A DNA stretch of 34,165 bases, from IMG/VR virus record IMGVR_UViG_3300030207_000478, positions 1 through 34,165 of that record. One strand, given 5' to 3'. The notes under the pieces are model-generated. The model was not told the origin of the DNA, did no database searches, and saw only the letters and a program-made list of their open reading frames with translations. The stretch is from a virus (taxonomy: Duplodnaviria > Caudoviricetes). A program made the translations under genes and the position numbers. The first letter of the stretch is position 1, and each line of letters begins with the position of its first letter. Shown here in pieces: positions 19,548 to 28,246 of the stretch.

Positions 19548-20678
19548 ATGGCAAATGTAGCATTAAACGGATTAGGTTCGCTTTATAAGGGAACTTATGC
19601 TAGTAAAATTTTATTAGAGCCTATGTTTACTTCAGATGATATTATGAGAAATTATACTATCTATCCTTCAGTAAAATATAAGCAAAACATAACAATGGCT
19701 CCTTCTTTAAGGGGTATCACAGCAAAACACTCAGGGTGTGGAGCAACTAATAGTTGCGACCCTGCAGGTTTCACTCTAACACAAAAAGTATTACACGCAC
19801 ATAATGTGTCTGTAAAACAAACTCAATGTTGGGAAGAATTTCATGATGAAGTTATTGTAGAGTCTTACAAAAACGGAATCAACATGCCTGACTTAACAGG
19901 AACACAATTAGCAGAAGTAATCATTAACAGAGTAAGAGCAGGTGTTGCTAACGATATGGTTAGAAATATGTGGTTTGGAGAAGAAACTATTTCAGCAGGT
20001 TCTGCTGATTGTTCTTATCAATCAATGGGTAATGGATTATTCCACGCCCTATCAGCAGGAACTGCTTTCCAAGATGGGTCAAGTGCTAACATGACTCCTG
20101 TAACAGGAGGATTAACTTTAGCAGCGGCAACAGCTTCTTATGCAACAGTAGGAGGGTTAATCAGCAATGCAGATGTTATCTTGTTATTAGATAATGTATT
20201 TAATACTGCACCATCTGAATTACAACAAGTACCTGCATCAGAAAAAAGAATGTTTGTTACACCAAATGTATATAACGCTTGGTATAACTGTTTAACTGCA
20301 GTAGCAGTAGCAGGAGCAGTTGATTACGGACACTCTGAGGCACAGGTTGGTAAAGAAAGATTATTCTACAAAGGAATTGAAGTTGTTCCTATGTATGAGT
20401 GGGATGTAGCTTTAGCTTTAGCAGCAACAGGAACAGGAATTGACCCATCTGCAGCGTTTACTCAAGCAGGTGCAACAACAACTACTCAAACAACAAATGG
20501 TGTTGTTTATACAGCAAAAGCTAACTTATTTATTGGTACAGATGTAGCAAGACCTGAGAATGAGCTTAAAATGTTCTATGATGAAGTATCAGAGAATATG
20601 TATATAAGAGCAGGATTCACTATGGGCTTCCAATATGGTTGGAACACTTTAGTTAATGGTGCTACTTTGATAGGGTAA
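19548..20678 (+). CDS. major capsid protein
   Basis: 376 aa directly after the protease, followed by a hairpin; N/A/G/T-rich composition. Confidence 0.85.
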   Translation: MANVALNGLGSLYKGTYASKILLEPMFTSDDIMRNYTIYPSVKYKQNITMAPSLRGITAKHSGCGATNSCDPAGFTLTQKVLHAHNVSVKQTQCWEEFHDEVIVESYKNGINMPDLTGTQLAEVIINRVRAGVANDMVRNMWFGEETISAGSADCSYQSMGNGLFHALSAGTAFQDGSSANMTPVTGGLTLAAATASYATVGGLISNADVILLLDNVFNTAPSELQQVPASEKRMFVTPNVYNAWYNCLTAVAVAGAVDYGHSEAQVGKERLFYKGIEVVPMYEWDVALALAATGTGIDPSAAFTQAGATTTTQTTNGVVYTAKANLFIGTDVARPENELKMFYDEVSENMYIRAGFTMGFQYGWNTLVNGATLIG

Positions 20679-20692
20679 TAGTTAATAGTAAA

Positions 20693-20726
20693 TAGGGAGG
20701 GAGTAATCTCTCCCTAAATACTTTTA
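20693..20726 (+). terminator. hairpin / weak terminator after the capsid gene
   Basis: TAGGGAGGGA-GTAA-TCTCTCCCTA (GNRA loop). Confidence 0.65.
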
Positions 20727-20749
20727 TTAATTTTTAAAAACAATAAATA

Positions 20750-21340
20750 ATGGCAATAACAAAAGGGATAAATATAACTTGTGATGATTTACAAGCATCA
20801 GGAGGGATAAAGCAAATATATGTTAGAACTTGGGCTTCAGGAGATAGTATTACTTATACTAATAGTGCTACTGCACATGCAATATCTAGCATTAAAGATA
20901 CAGGAGGCTCAACAGCTACTTGGTATGGTTATGAGTTCACTAATCAAAACCCTGCTCTTACTGTTTCAGGCTCACGAGAAAATGGCTCTACTAGATATGA
21001 GTGTAGTCTTTCTTTTATGATGCCAAGAATGCAGTCTGAAAAAAGTGCAAGATTACAGGCGTTTATGGATACTTGTATGATGGTTTTGGCGGTTGGAAAC
21101 AATGGTAAAATTTATGTTATGGGTGTGAGCCAAAAGTATAGCAATGAGGCTGATGCAATTCGTAATCAAACTTATGTTAGTATGAGTGCGTTAGAAGGTA
21201 ATTCAGGTGCAGCTTATAATGATGAGAATGGGTTTACAGTAACTCTTTCTTGCAACCAATGGGAGAATCTTAGAGAATACACAGGTACATTAAGTGTTTT
21301 TTCAGGTTCTGCAGGAACTAATGAGGCTACTACAAACTAA
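20750..21340 (+). CDS. major tail tube protein, paralog 1
   Basis: C.DLQA.GG, YECSLSF..P, G.AY.DENGFTVTL motifs. Confidence 0.7.
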   Translation: MAITKGINITCDDLQASGGIKQIYVRTWASGDSITYTNSATAHAISSIKDTGGSTATWYGYEFTNQNPALTVSGSRENGSTRYECSLSFMMPRMQSEKSARLQAFMDTCMMVLAVGNNGKIYVMGVSQKYSNEADAIRNQTYVSMSALEGNSGAAYNDENGFTVTLSCNQWENLREYTGTLSVFSGSAGTNEATTN

Positions 21341-21367
21341 TAATTAATCTTAAAAAAATAAAATAAT

Positions 21368-21982
21368 ATGGCAATAGCAGATGGATTAGCAATAAATTGT
21401 TCAGATTTACAAGCAGTAGGGGGAACACGCCTAGTTGCAATTAGAGTTTGGACTGAAAACGACACTGTTACTTGGGATGACGCAAATCATGAGATTGATA
21501 CTATACTAACAAGTTCTGCAGCATCAGCATGGGGAGTTTTTGAAAGTAGAATTGAATCATCATCTTTAAGTGTTAATGGTTCTGCAGAAGGAAAAGATTG
21601 TACTACTTATGAGTGCTCTCTTTCTTTTTTCGTACCGGGAATGACTAAGTTGCAGTTTGATAGAATCAATGAGTTTACAGGAAAATGTTTAATGGTGTTA
21701 GTTATAGATAATAATGACGCTACATCAGGAAGCACAGCTCCTTCAGGAACTTTTGCAAGTAACAAGGTAATCGGTGTTTCACACACTAAAGCAAATGCGG
21801 ACAAAGCGTTTAGAACTCAGCAGTACGCTACTTTAACTTCGGTTGAAGGAGGTACAGGTGCTGCTTATGGAGACGAAATAGGTGTTACTGTAAATATTAC
21901 AGCTACACAATATGAAACTCCTAGACAGTATGCGGGTACTATAACTTTAGATGGAGATGCTTTGGGTCTTACTACTTCGTAG
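21368..21982 (+). CDS. major tail tube protein, paralog 2
   Basis: Collinear similarity to the 20750 gene over its full length. Confidence 0.7.
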   Translation: MAIADGLAINCSDLQAVGGTRLVAIRVWTENDTVTWDDANHEIDTILTSSAASAWGVFESRIESSSLSVNGSAEGKDCTTYECSLSFFVPGMTKLQFDRINEFTGKCLMVLVIDNNDATSGSTAPSGTFASNKVIGVSHTKANADKAFRTQQYATLTSVEGGTGAAYGDEIGVTVNITATQYETPRQYAGTITLDGDALGLTTS

Positions 21983-22001
21983 TAGGTAATAATAATTTAT
22001 T

Positions 22002-22046
22002 ATAAGGGGGTGTTAGTTAATAACACTTCCTTATTAATATCTTTTT
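22002..22046 (+). terminator. hairpin / terminator after the tail tube genes
   Basis: ATAAGGGGGTGTTA / TAACACTTCCTTAT stem. Confidence 0.65.
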
Positions 22047-22050
22047 AAAA

Positions 22051-22332
22051 ATGTGCGACTGCGGTAACGAAAAAAGTGTAAATTTGATTAATATATATTT
22101 AACAATGGCAAATTATAAAAAAAACAGCAAGGCAAAGGGTGTTATAAATTCGGCAAACGGAGGCAAGCATGTGGATTTTAGAGAGGACTTAAGTCAAGAA
22201 CAGTTAGCATACGCTTACGAAGTATTAAAAATGACTGATTTTATAGATAAAACATACAAATCTAATGAAAAAGACACTATCAAAAAACCAAAAGCAAAGC
22301 CAAGTAAAAAGAAAGACTCAGAAGAAAAATAA
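22051..22332 (+). CDS. small basic hypothetical protein
   Basis: The start may be the ATG at 22105 (MANYKK); overlaps the portal 5' end by 68 nt. Confidence 0.65.
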   Translation: MCDCGNEKSVNLINIYLTMANYKKNSKAKGVINSANGGKHVDFREDLSQEQLAYAYEVLKMTDFIDKTYKSNEKDTIKKPKAKPSKKKDSEEK

Positions 22333-23587
22333 TACTTTTGAGTTTGGCGTTTTTGATTTAACAGTACCTCCTAGTATAAAAGAGGTTAAAAACATCAAAA
22401 ACCTTCCTAACGATTGGGTTCCTTTTGGAGATGACAACCTCTTTCCTCAGTATTTAGCAGAGCTTAAAAGAAAATCTTCTACACACAGAAGTGTTTTGGC
22501 TCAAAAAACTGTATTTACAAGCGGGGCTAAATTTGTTTGTGAGGATGAAAGCTTAAGAAAGTTTATAGAAGATGTAAACGCTGACCATGAGTCTTTAAGA
22601 GATGTTTTCAAAAAACTAGCAGACGACTATTATACTTTTGGTAACGCATATATGGAGTGTGTTATTTATGATGGGGGTGTAAATATTTATCATTTAGATG
22701 CCACTACAGTTAGAATGAGCAAGACCAAAAAAGAGGTTTATGTAAACCCTGATTGGTGTAAATATTGGAATCAAGACAAAAAAATAAAAAGACTACCTAT
22801 ATATCCTAGAGTAGCACACAATAAATTCGTAATACACTTTAAAGATTACGAGCCTACATTTAATTTTTACGGACTTCCTGACTATGTTGCTGCACTAGAG
22901 CATATCTGTGTTGATTATGAGATAGGAAAGTGGAATCACACTAAGTTCTTAAATGGCTTTCAGCCTTCTGCTATTGTTGAAATAAGCGGAGATATGGGAG
23001 AAGAAGAAGCTCAAAAAATGGTTCGTGAAGCTCAAAAGAAATTTGTAGGAGAGGGTAATAATGGAAAGATATTATTTATAGTAAAAAATGGAGACACATC
23101 TCCTGCTAATGTACAAGTTATAAAAGACGACCAAGAGGGAAGTTGGATAGATTTGCAAAAAATAACTGACCAAAACATTATAACTGCTAATAGATGGCAG
23201 CCTTCACTTTCAGGAATTGTGAGTTCGGGTAAAATGAATAATACAGGTAGCGAGATAAGAATAGCTTATGACCTTGTAATGACAACAGTAATAAGAGACA
23301 CATCTGAATTAATACTAAATGGAATAAGAACTGTACTTTATAACGAGATGGGTTATGAGCCTAAAGATTTAAAGATACATTATGAACCGCCAATTTCTTA
23401 TTCAAATGATGTAGATATTAGAGAGGTTCTTACTATAAACGAACAAAGAGCATTGATAGATGAAGATTTACCAATGTTAGAAGATGGAGATATGTTTGTT
23501 GCGGATAGAGAAATCATAGTTACGCAAAGAGATGATGATGGAGATGGGGAGGTTGATGAAGAAGAACAAATAACAGTAGAACAATAG
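22265..23587 (+). CDS. portal protein
   Basis: WVPFGDDNLFP, FGNAY, YGLPDY, NGFQPS, KFVGEGNNGK, LTINEQR. Confidence 0.9.
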   Translation: MKKTLSKNQKQSQVKRKTQKKNNTFEFGVFDLTVPPSIKEVKNIKNLPNDWVPFGDDNLFPQYLAELKRKSSTHRSVLAQKTVFTSGAKFVCEDESLRKFIEDVNADHESLRDVFKKLADDYYTFGNAYMECVIYDGGVNIYHLDATTVRMSKTKKEVYVNPDWCKYWNQDKKIKRLPIYPRVAHNKFVIHFKDYEPTFNFYGLPDYVAALEHICVDYEIGKWNHTKFLNGFQPSAIVEISGDMGEEEAQKMVREAQKKFVGEGNNGKILFIVKNGDTSPANVQVIKDDQEGSWIDLQKITDQNIITANRWQPSLSGIVSSGKMNNTGSEIRIAYDLVMTTVIRDTSELILNGIRTVLYNEMGYEPKDLKIHYEPPISYSNDVDIREVLTINEQRALIDEDLPMLEDGDMFVADREIIVTQRDDDGDGEVDEEEQITVEQ

Positions 23588-23590
23588 GAT

Positions 23591-24202
23591 ATGGCGAACA
23601 CTAGACAATATAAAACCTTAGTTACAGCGGGAGAGGTAATTGATAAAACTTTTACTAATAAAAATACAGACCCTTCTTTAGTTTCTGAAAACACTATTGT
23701 TTTGGCAGAGCTTGCTCACATTAGACCTTTATTGGGAGAAAAATTTTATGCAGAATTAAAATCAGAGCATGATGCAGGAACATTAACAGCTAATAATCAA
23801 GAGTTTATGCAATATTATCTTGAAGATTGTTTATCTTGGTTTGTAAGGTTTGAGGTGGTAAATGATATTATGAGTAATATATCTTCTAGTGGTGTTGTTC
23901 ATAATATAGACGAGTTTTCAAGGATTATAAATTTAGACACTTATAATGCTTTTAAACAAGATACATATAGGAAAGCTGAGATATTTTCAAGAGACATGAT
24001 GGATTTTTTAAATTCAAAAGATGAGGATGGTAATTATCCTACATTTGAAAATAACAAGCCTAACAGCATGAGTGATACATATAAAAATCATGGAATGATA
24101 TTTTATGATAGTATATATAATTATACAGGAGTAGATGGTTGTTATGATTGTGGAAACCCTTACTACAATGGAAAGTGTAATTGTAATTGTGATAATTGTT
24201 AA
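23591..24202 (+). CDS. head-tail adaptor (probable)
   Basis: Follows the portal; IRPLLGEKFY motif; Cys-rich C-terminus. Confidence 0.65.
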   Translation: MANTRQYKTLVTAGEVIDKTFTNKNTDPSLVSENTIVLAELAHIRPLLGEKFYAELKSEHDAGTLTANNQEFMQYYLEDCLSWFVRFEVVNDIMSNISSSGVVHNIDEFSRIINLDTYNAFKQDTYRKAEIFSRDMMDFLNSKDEDGNYPTFENNKPNSMSDTYKNHGMIFYDSIYNYTGVDGCYDCGNPYYNGKCNCNCDNC

Positions 24203-24214
24203 AATAAATAATTA

Positions 24215-24859
24215 ATGGCACTAAACGAACATAAAAACCTTCAAGACGCTAACAGACATAATCCAAAAGGATTTGAAACTGCTCAAAACAATACTATACT
24301 TACTAAAGGTAATGGAACTCCCGGATTAGACGATGGTAGTTTAGAGTGGACTTTAAAATCAAATATTAAGGCTGAAACTTATAATTTTTCAGGTTATTGC
24401 TCGTTGATTGAAAACTATCAATATGCTGAGCCTTTAATTTATGGTCAAAGTCCCTACGAATTAAATCAAGATTATGGTAGTGCTACGATTAGTTCAGGAA
24501 CAACTGTTATGCAAAAAAGATTTTTTAGAATTGGTTGTTTTGTAAATCAAGCCGCTCTAGTAAAGACAGCTCAAATACAAATCTCAAATAGTAATGCAGA
24601 AAACTTTACAGTTGCTTTGGTTTATTATTCTCCTTCTGACACAGCAACCACAGCTTATCCTGTTGTTTTAGTTGAAAAGGTGTGTACAGGACTTTCTAGT
24701 GATAATAAAGTTGTAACTTATGCTTTAGCCTCTACAGACTTTACTACTACAGACATTCCTTCAGGGGCTCATTTATTTATAATGGTTAAGGGTATAACAG
24801 GAACTGCAGGCTCAACAGCATATGTTAATGCTGCCTTAAGAGTAGGATATGAAAAATAA
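24215..24859 (+). CDS. virion structural protein (putative)
   Basis: N-terminal H...HNPKGF motif; beta-rich T/S/G composition. Confidence 0.6.
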   Translation: MALNEHKNLQDANRHNPKGFETAQNNTILTKGNGTPGLDDGSLEWTLKSNIKAETYNFSGYCSLIENYQYAEPLIYGQSPYELNQDYGSATISSGTTVMQKRFFRIGCFVNQAALVKTAQIQISNSNAENFTVALVYYSPSDTATTAYPVVLVEKVCTGLSSDNKVVTYALASTDFTTTDIPSGAHLFIMVKGITGTAGSTAYVNAALRVGYEK

Positions 24860-24866
24860 TTTAATA

Positions 24867-25025
24867 ATGAAAAACAATATGAAAGATACAACTGAGGTTT
24901 TGATTGCAAATGGGGGTGTGTTGGGTTTGAGTTTAGCAGAGTGTAATGAAATACTTCTTTTTATTTCTACCATATTAGCTATATGTTTCACTATTTACAA
25001 ATTCTACAAACTTTCAAAAAAATAA
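24867..25025 (+). CDS. small membrane protein, holin-like (52 aa, not in the ORF track)
   Basis: MKNNMKDTTEVLIANGGVLGLSLAECNEILLFISTILAICFTIYKFYKLSKK; upstream of the endolysin. Confidence 0.65.
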   Translation: MKNNMKDTTEVLIANGGVLGLSLAECNEILLFISTILAICFTIYKFYKLSKK

Positions 25026-25029
25026 AAAA

Positions 25030-25155
25030 ATGGCTAAAAATACTTTTGTTTTTAGGTCAAAATCCAATAAAAAAAGAAAGGGCGTTCACTCAAAAAATGC
25101 CTCAAAAAGTCAAAATGGCTACAAAAAAAAATATAGAGGGCAGGGAAGGTCATAG
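25030..25155 (+). CDS. 41-aa highly basic peptide ending KKKYRGQGRS (not in the ORF track)
   Basis: MAKNTFVFRSKSNKKRKGVHSKNASKSQNGYKKKYRGQGRS; the YRGQG ending recurs in small phage proteins. Confidence 0.75.
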   Translation: MAKNTFVFRSKSNKKRKGVHSKNASKSQNGYKKKYRGQGRS

Positions 25156-25564
25156 TAAACATTACTATGATTTTGATAGAAACAAGCCTCATATTAGAGA
25201 GATAAAATATTTTTCTTTAAATGAGTTTGACAGTCCTGACGATTCTGATTCAGGTCAAAATATGGATATGGACTTTGTTCGTAAGTTAGACGAAGCTAGA
25301 GAGTTAGCTAACACTCCATTTAAAATAACATCAGGATATAGAACTCCTAAGCATAATACTGCTGTTGGAGGCTCTATAACCTCATCACATATGAATATAC
25401 CTTGTAATGCTTGTGATATAGCAATTAAAGATAGTTCTACTAGATATAAAATAATAAACTCTCTTTTAAAAGTAGGTATAAATCGCATAGGAATTGGTAA
25501 AAATTTCATACATTGCGACACAGACAAAAACAAAAGCCCAAATGTAATTTGGCATTATTATTAA
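25115..25564 (+). CDS. endolysin, peptidase M15A family
   Basis: YFSLNEF, ITSGYR..HN..VGG...SSH, ACDI, FIHCD; ATG at 25115 preferred over 24983. Confidence 0.9.
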   Translation: MATKKNIEGREGHSKHYYDFDRNKPHIREIKYFSLNEFDSPDDSDSGQNMDMDFVRKLDEARELANTPFKITSGYRTPKHNTAVGGSITSSHMNIPCNACDIAIKDSSTRYKIINSLLKVGINRIGIGKNFIHCDTDKNKSPNVIWHYY

Positions 25565-25579
25565 TCAAAATTAAACAAA

Positions 25580-25780
25580 ATGAAAAAATTTTTAGAGAAC
25601 TTCTTAATTGGACAAATGTTAAAATCAAAAAAGTTTTGGTATACAGTAATTGGTGTAGTCGTAACATTTTTACACGAAACCTTTGGTTTAGACCCTGTTC
25701 AAACTGAACAAATATTATACTCTGTAATGGCACTTGTTTTAGGTCAGGGTATTGCTGACGCAGCAAAATCAAAGAAATAA
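25580..25780 (+). CDS. holin-like two-TM protein
   Basis: SKKFW...LGQGIAD; two hydrophobic segments; follows the endolysin. Confidence 0.7.
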   Translation: MKKFLENFLIGQMLKSKKFWYTVIGVVVTFLHETFGLDPVQTEQILYSVMALVLGQGIADAAKSKK

Positions 25781-25783
25781 TAA

Positions 25784-25812
25784 TTGTTTTTAAAAATAAT
25801 TTATTACATTTG
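25784..25812 (+). promoter_or_regulatory. Bacteroidota primary-sigma promoter TTG-N18-TACATTTG
   Basis: -7 element at 25805-25812. Confidence 0.6.
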
Positions 25813-25817
25813 TAGTC

Positions 25818-25893
25818 CTTCTTTGTGTGTTTTCAGAGTTGGATAGTTAGTAGTTAAGAGTGGGGAGTTAATAACTTCTCACTCTTTTTTTTT
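25818..25893 (+). ncRNA. candidate trans-acting antisense small RNA (~75 nt)
   Basis: Promoter immediately upstream, terminator at the end, no ATG, blocks complementary to early-gene start regions. Confidence 0.6.
25856..25893 (+). terminator. intrinsic terminator
   Basis: AAGAGTGGGGAGTTA / TAACTTCTCACTCTT followed by a T-run. Confidence 0.85.
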
Positions 25894-25922
25894 ATAAAGT
25901 TCTTATTTTACTAAATTTGAGT

Positions 25923-27008
25923 ATGAAAAAATACGGAAGAAGATTAAGATTGAGTCAAGATGAGGAAAATCTTATATATAAACATAGAGCTAAATCATTA
26001 GAAAATATAAATGACAATACAGCTTTAGACCAACATTTACTAGAGAGAGGTATAGATAAAAAAGAAGTTGTTTCTGTAAAGCATTGGCAGTCTGCTAGTG
26101 GAGAATACAGGTTTTCTATAGTAACTAAAGAAGATTATGGTTTAGATGAAAAACAAATATTTGACAATGTAAATAAATTTATAGAAGGATACTCTCCTGA
26201 GTATAAACCTATCACAAGAAAAAAAGGTAAACATTTATTAGTTATAAATCCATCTGACATACATATAGGTAAATACTCTAATGAACTAGAAACAGGAGAG
26301 CATTATGACTGTGAAACTGCTGTTATGAGGGTTTTAGAGGGGGTTCAGGGTCTTATACAAAAATCTAAAGGGTTTGATGTAGATAAAATTTTATTTTGCA
26401 TTGGTAATGATGTTTTACATATAGATAATGTTTATAACACTACTACAAAAGGAACGCATCAAGATACTGATGGTAAATGGTGGGAGCATTATGAGATTGC
26501 TTTAATGCTATATGTTAAGGTTATAGAAATGCTAAGAGACATAGCCCCTGTTGATGTTTTACACTCTATGAGCAATCACGATTATCAAAGTGGGTTTCAT
26601 TTGGCACATACTTTAAAATCTTGGTTTAGAAAAGCGGAAGATGTTTGTTTTGATATAAGTGTATCTCATAGAAAATATTATCAATATGGTCAGAATCTGA
26701 TAGGATTAGAACATGGAGATGGTGCTAAAATGGATAAATTGCCACTTTTAATGGCACAAGAAAGGCCTAAAATGTGGAGCGAAACTAAATTTAGATATTG
26801 GTATTTACACCATATACATCATAAAGTAAAACACAAATGGCTAGACGCAAAAGATTTTATAGGTGTAACTGTTGAATATATGAGGAGCCCTTCTTCTTCG
26901 GACAGTTGGCACGCAAGAAAAGGTTTTTGTGGAGCTTCAAAAGCTTGCGAAGCTTTTATACACGATAAAGAAAGCGGTCAAGTAGCAAGATTAACACATT
27001 ATTTTTAA
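25923..27008 (+). CDS. calcineurin-like metallophosphoesterase
   Basis: DIHIG, GNDVLH, SNHD, HGD, HIHH motifs; ATG at 25923 (or TTG at 25917). Confidence 0.85.
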   Translation: MKKYGRRLRLSQDEENLIYKHRAKSLENINDNTALDQHLLERGIDKKEVVSVKHWQSASGEYRFSIVTKEDYGLDEKQIFDNVNKFIEGYSPEYKPITRKKGKHLLVINPSDIHIGKYSNELETGEHYDCETAVMRVLEGVQGLIQKSKGFDVDKILFCIGNDVLHIDNVYNTTTKGTHQDTDGKWWEHYEIALMLYVKVIEMLRDIAPVDVLHSMSNHDYQSGFHLAHTLKSWFRKAEDVCFDISVSHRKYYQYGQNLIGLEHGDGAKMDKLPLLMAQERPKMWSETKFRYWYLHHIHHKVKHKWLDAKDFIGVTVEYMRSPSSSDSWHARKGFCGASKACEAFIHDKESGQVARLTHYF

Positions 27009-27090
27009 GGGTATTTAAAGGGTATTTAATACTCTTAAATATAAATATAAGGATAAAGATTAAGTTAAATACTAAGTTAAATATCAAGTA
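27007..27090. repeat. origin-like element, copy 2
   Basis: Tandem AGGGTATTTAA x2 (27008-27029), an inverted half-site, then hexamers AAATAT AAATAT AAGGAT AAAGAT TAAGTT AAATAC TAAGTT AAATAT. Confidence 0.6.
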
Positions 27091-27114
27091 ATTTAAAAAA
27101 AACTTGTAAAAAAA

Positions 27115-27145
27115 TTTGGTAGTTTAAAAAAATGTTGTATCTTTG
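27115..27145 (+). promoter_or_regulatory. early promoter TTTG-N19-TATCTTTG
   Basis: Canonical Bacteroidota -33/-7; near-duplicate of 29827-29857. Confidence 0.85.
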
Positions 27146-27190
27146 CATAGAATTTTGACTAACTAACTATTAACGAAAACACTAACTATT

Positions 27191-27484
27191 ATGAATTACG
27201 ATAATTGGAAATTAAGCAACCCTACTGATGATGGATACGGATACAACATGGTGTCAAGATGTTGTGGTTCAGAAATTGTAGAATCAGAATACTCTGAATG
27301 TTGTGGCTCTAAACTTGTAGGAAACTCTGATATATGTTCAGATTGTAAAGAACATTGCGGAGATTACTATGTGTGTGGAGAATGCGGATGTGAGTGTGAT
27401 GAGATAGAGGATTATGAGTGGGATGAAATACAAAGAGAAAACCATCTTGAAATGATGGCTGATGCTCGTAGAGATGAGTACTAA
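27191..27484 (+). CDS. Cys-rich acidic Zn-binding protein
   Basis: SRCCGS, SECCGS, CSDCKEHC, CGECGCEC. Confidence 0.8.
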   Translation: MNYDNWKLSNPTDDGYGYNMVSRCCGSEIVESEYSECCGSKLVGNSDICSDCKEHCGDYYVCGECGCECDEIEDYEWDEIQRENHLEMMADARRDEY

Positions 27485-27507
27485 CTATTAACTTAAATAA
27501 TTAAATT

Positions 27508-27798
27508 ATGAAAAAAACACAAACAAGTGATATTCTACAACACTTAAAAGATGGTAGAAGATTAACACAAAAAGAAGCTATAAATCAATATGGTGCATAC
27601 AGGCTGTCAGGAATTATATATTCATTAAGACGACAAGGGTATGATATAGTTTCAATACCAACAGAAGTTCCAACTAGATATAAAAAATCAAATGGAAATG
27701 TAAAAACGACTACTGTTGTAAATTACAAATTAAAAGATAATAAAAAAACAAGCTTTGACTCTAGGCTTAAAAACTTTATAGGGTCTTTATTAAACTAA
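27508..27798 (+). CDS. winged HTH DNA-binding protein
   Basis: ILQHLKDG..LTQKEA...YG.YRLSGIIYSLRRQGYDI. Confidence 0.8.
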   Translation: MKKTQTSDILQHLKDGRRLTQKEAINQYGAYRLSGIIYSLRRQGYDIVSIPTEVPTRYKKSNGNVKTTTVVNYKLKDNKKTSFDSRLKNFIGSLLN

Positions 27799-27820
27799 TT
27801 ATTAATTAAAATTTTTAAAA

Positions 27821-28246
27821 ATGAAAAAAGTTGAAAACACTACAGAAGTAAAAGAAACAAAAGAAGAAACTTTAAAAAGATTATTCTTAGAGAATGGTTT
27901 AGTTAAAGAAGATGTTTACAAAGACAAGAGAGGTTTTGTAATCATAACAAGAACGGGTATAGACAAGATTGTATCTAAACAAAACATTACAGTTGCTTAT
28001 GAGCCTGTTGTTATGCAAAAAGATTGGGTGGTTATGAGGGCTACTGCTACTATGAAGTCAGGACACAAAGGAAAAGATGTTAGAAATATGATGAGCTTTG
28101 GAGAGGCTTCCGATGACAATTTAATGGGAGGTGGCAAAAAGTTTCCTGTTGCTATGGCAGAAAAGAGAGCTATGTCAAGAGTTGTACTCAAGGTTGCAGG
28201 GTTTTATGAGCAAGGAGTATTTGGTCAAGATGAAATTACAGACTAA
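27821..28246 (+). CDS. ssDNA-annealing protein, Rad52/Sak-like (putative)
   Basis: IITRTGIDKI, SFGEA, AMAEKRAMSRVVLK. Confidence 0.55.
   Translation: MKKVENTTEVKETKEETLKRLFLENGLVKEDVYKDKRGFVIITRTGIDKIVSKQNITVAYEPVVMQKDWVVMRATATMKSGHKGKDVRNMMSFGEASDDNLMGGGKKFPVAMAEKRAMSRVVLKVAGFYEQGVFGQDEITD

Noticed and set aside
20820-21020. Alternative-frame + strand ORFs (also 25513-25707 and 30765-30950)
   Set aside because: Nested in clear genes, with no lipobox or other support for an embedded spanin
24983-25114. N-terminal extension of the endolysin ORF
   Set aside because: This stretch is better explained by the two small genes at 24867 and 25030 in other frames
27007-27190. Possible CRISPR array or attP site
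   Set aside because: Repeats are short and lack a repeat-spacer period; no integrase or cas gene is in the window
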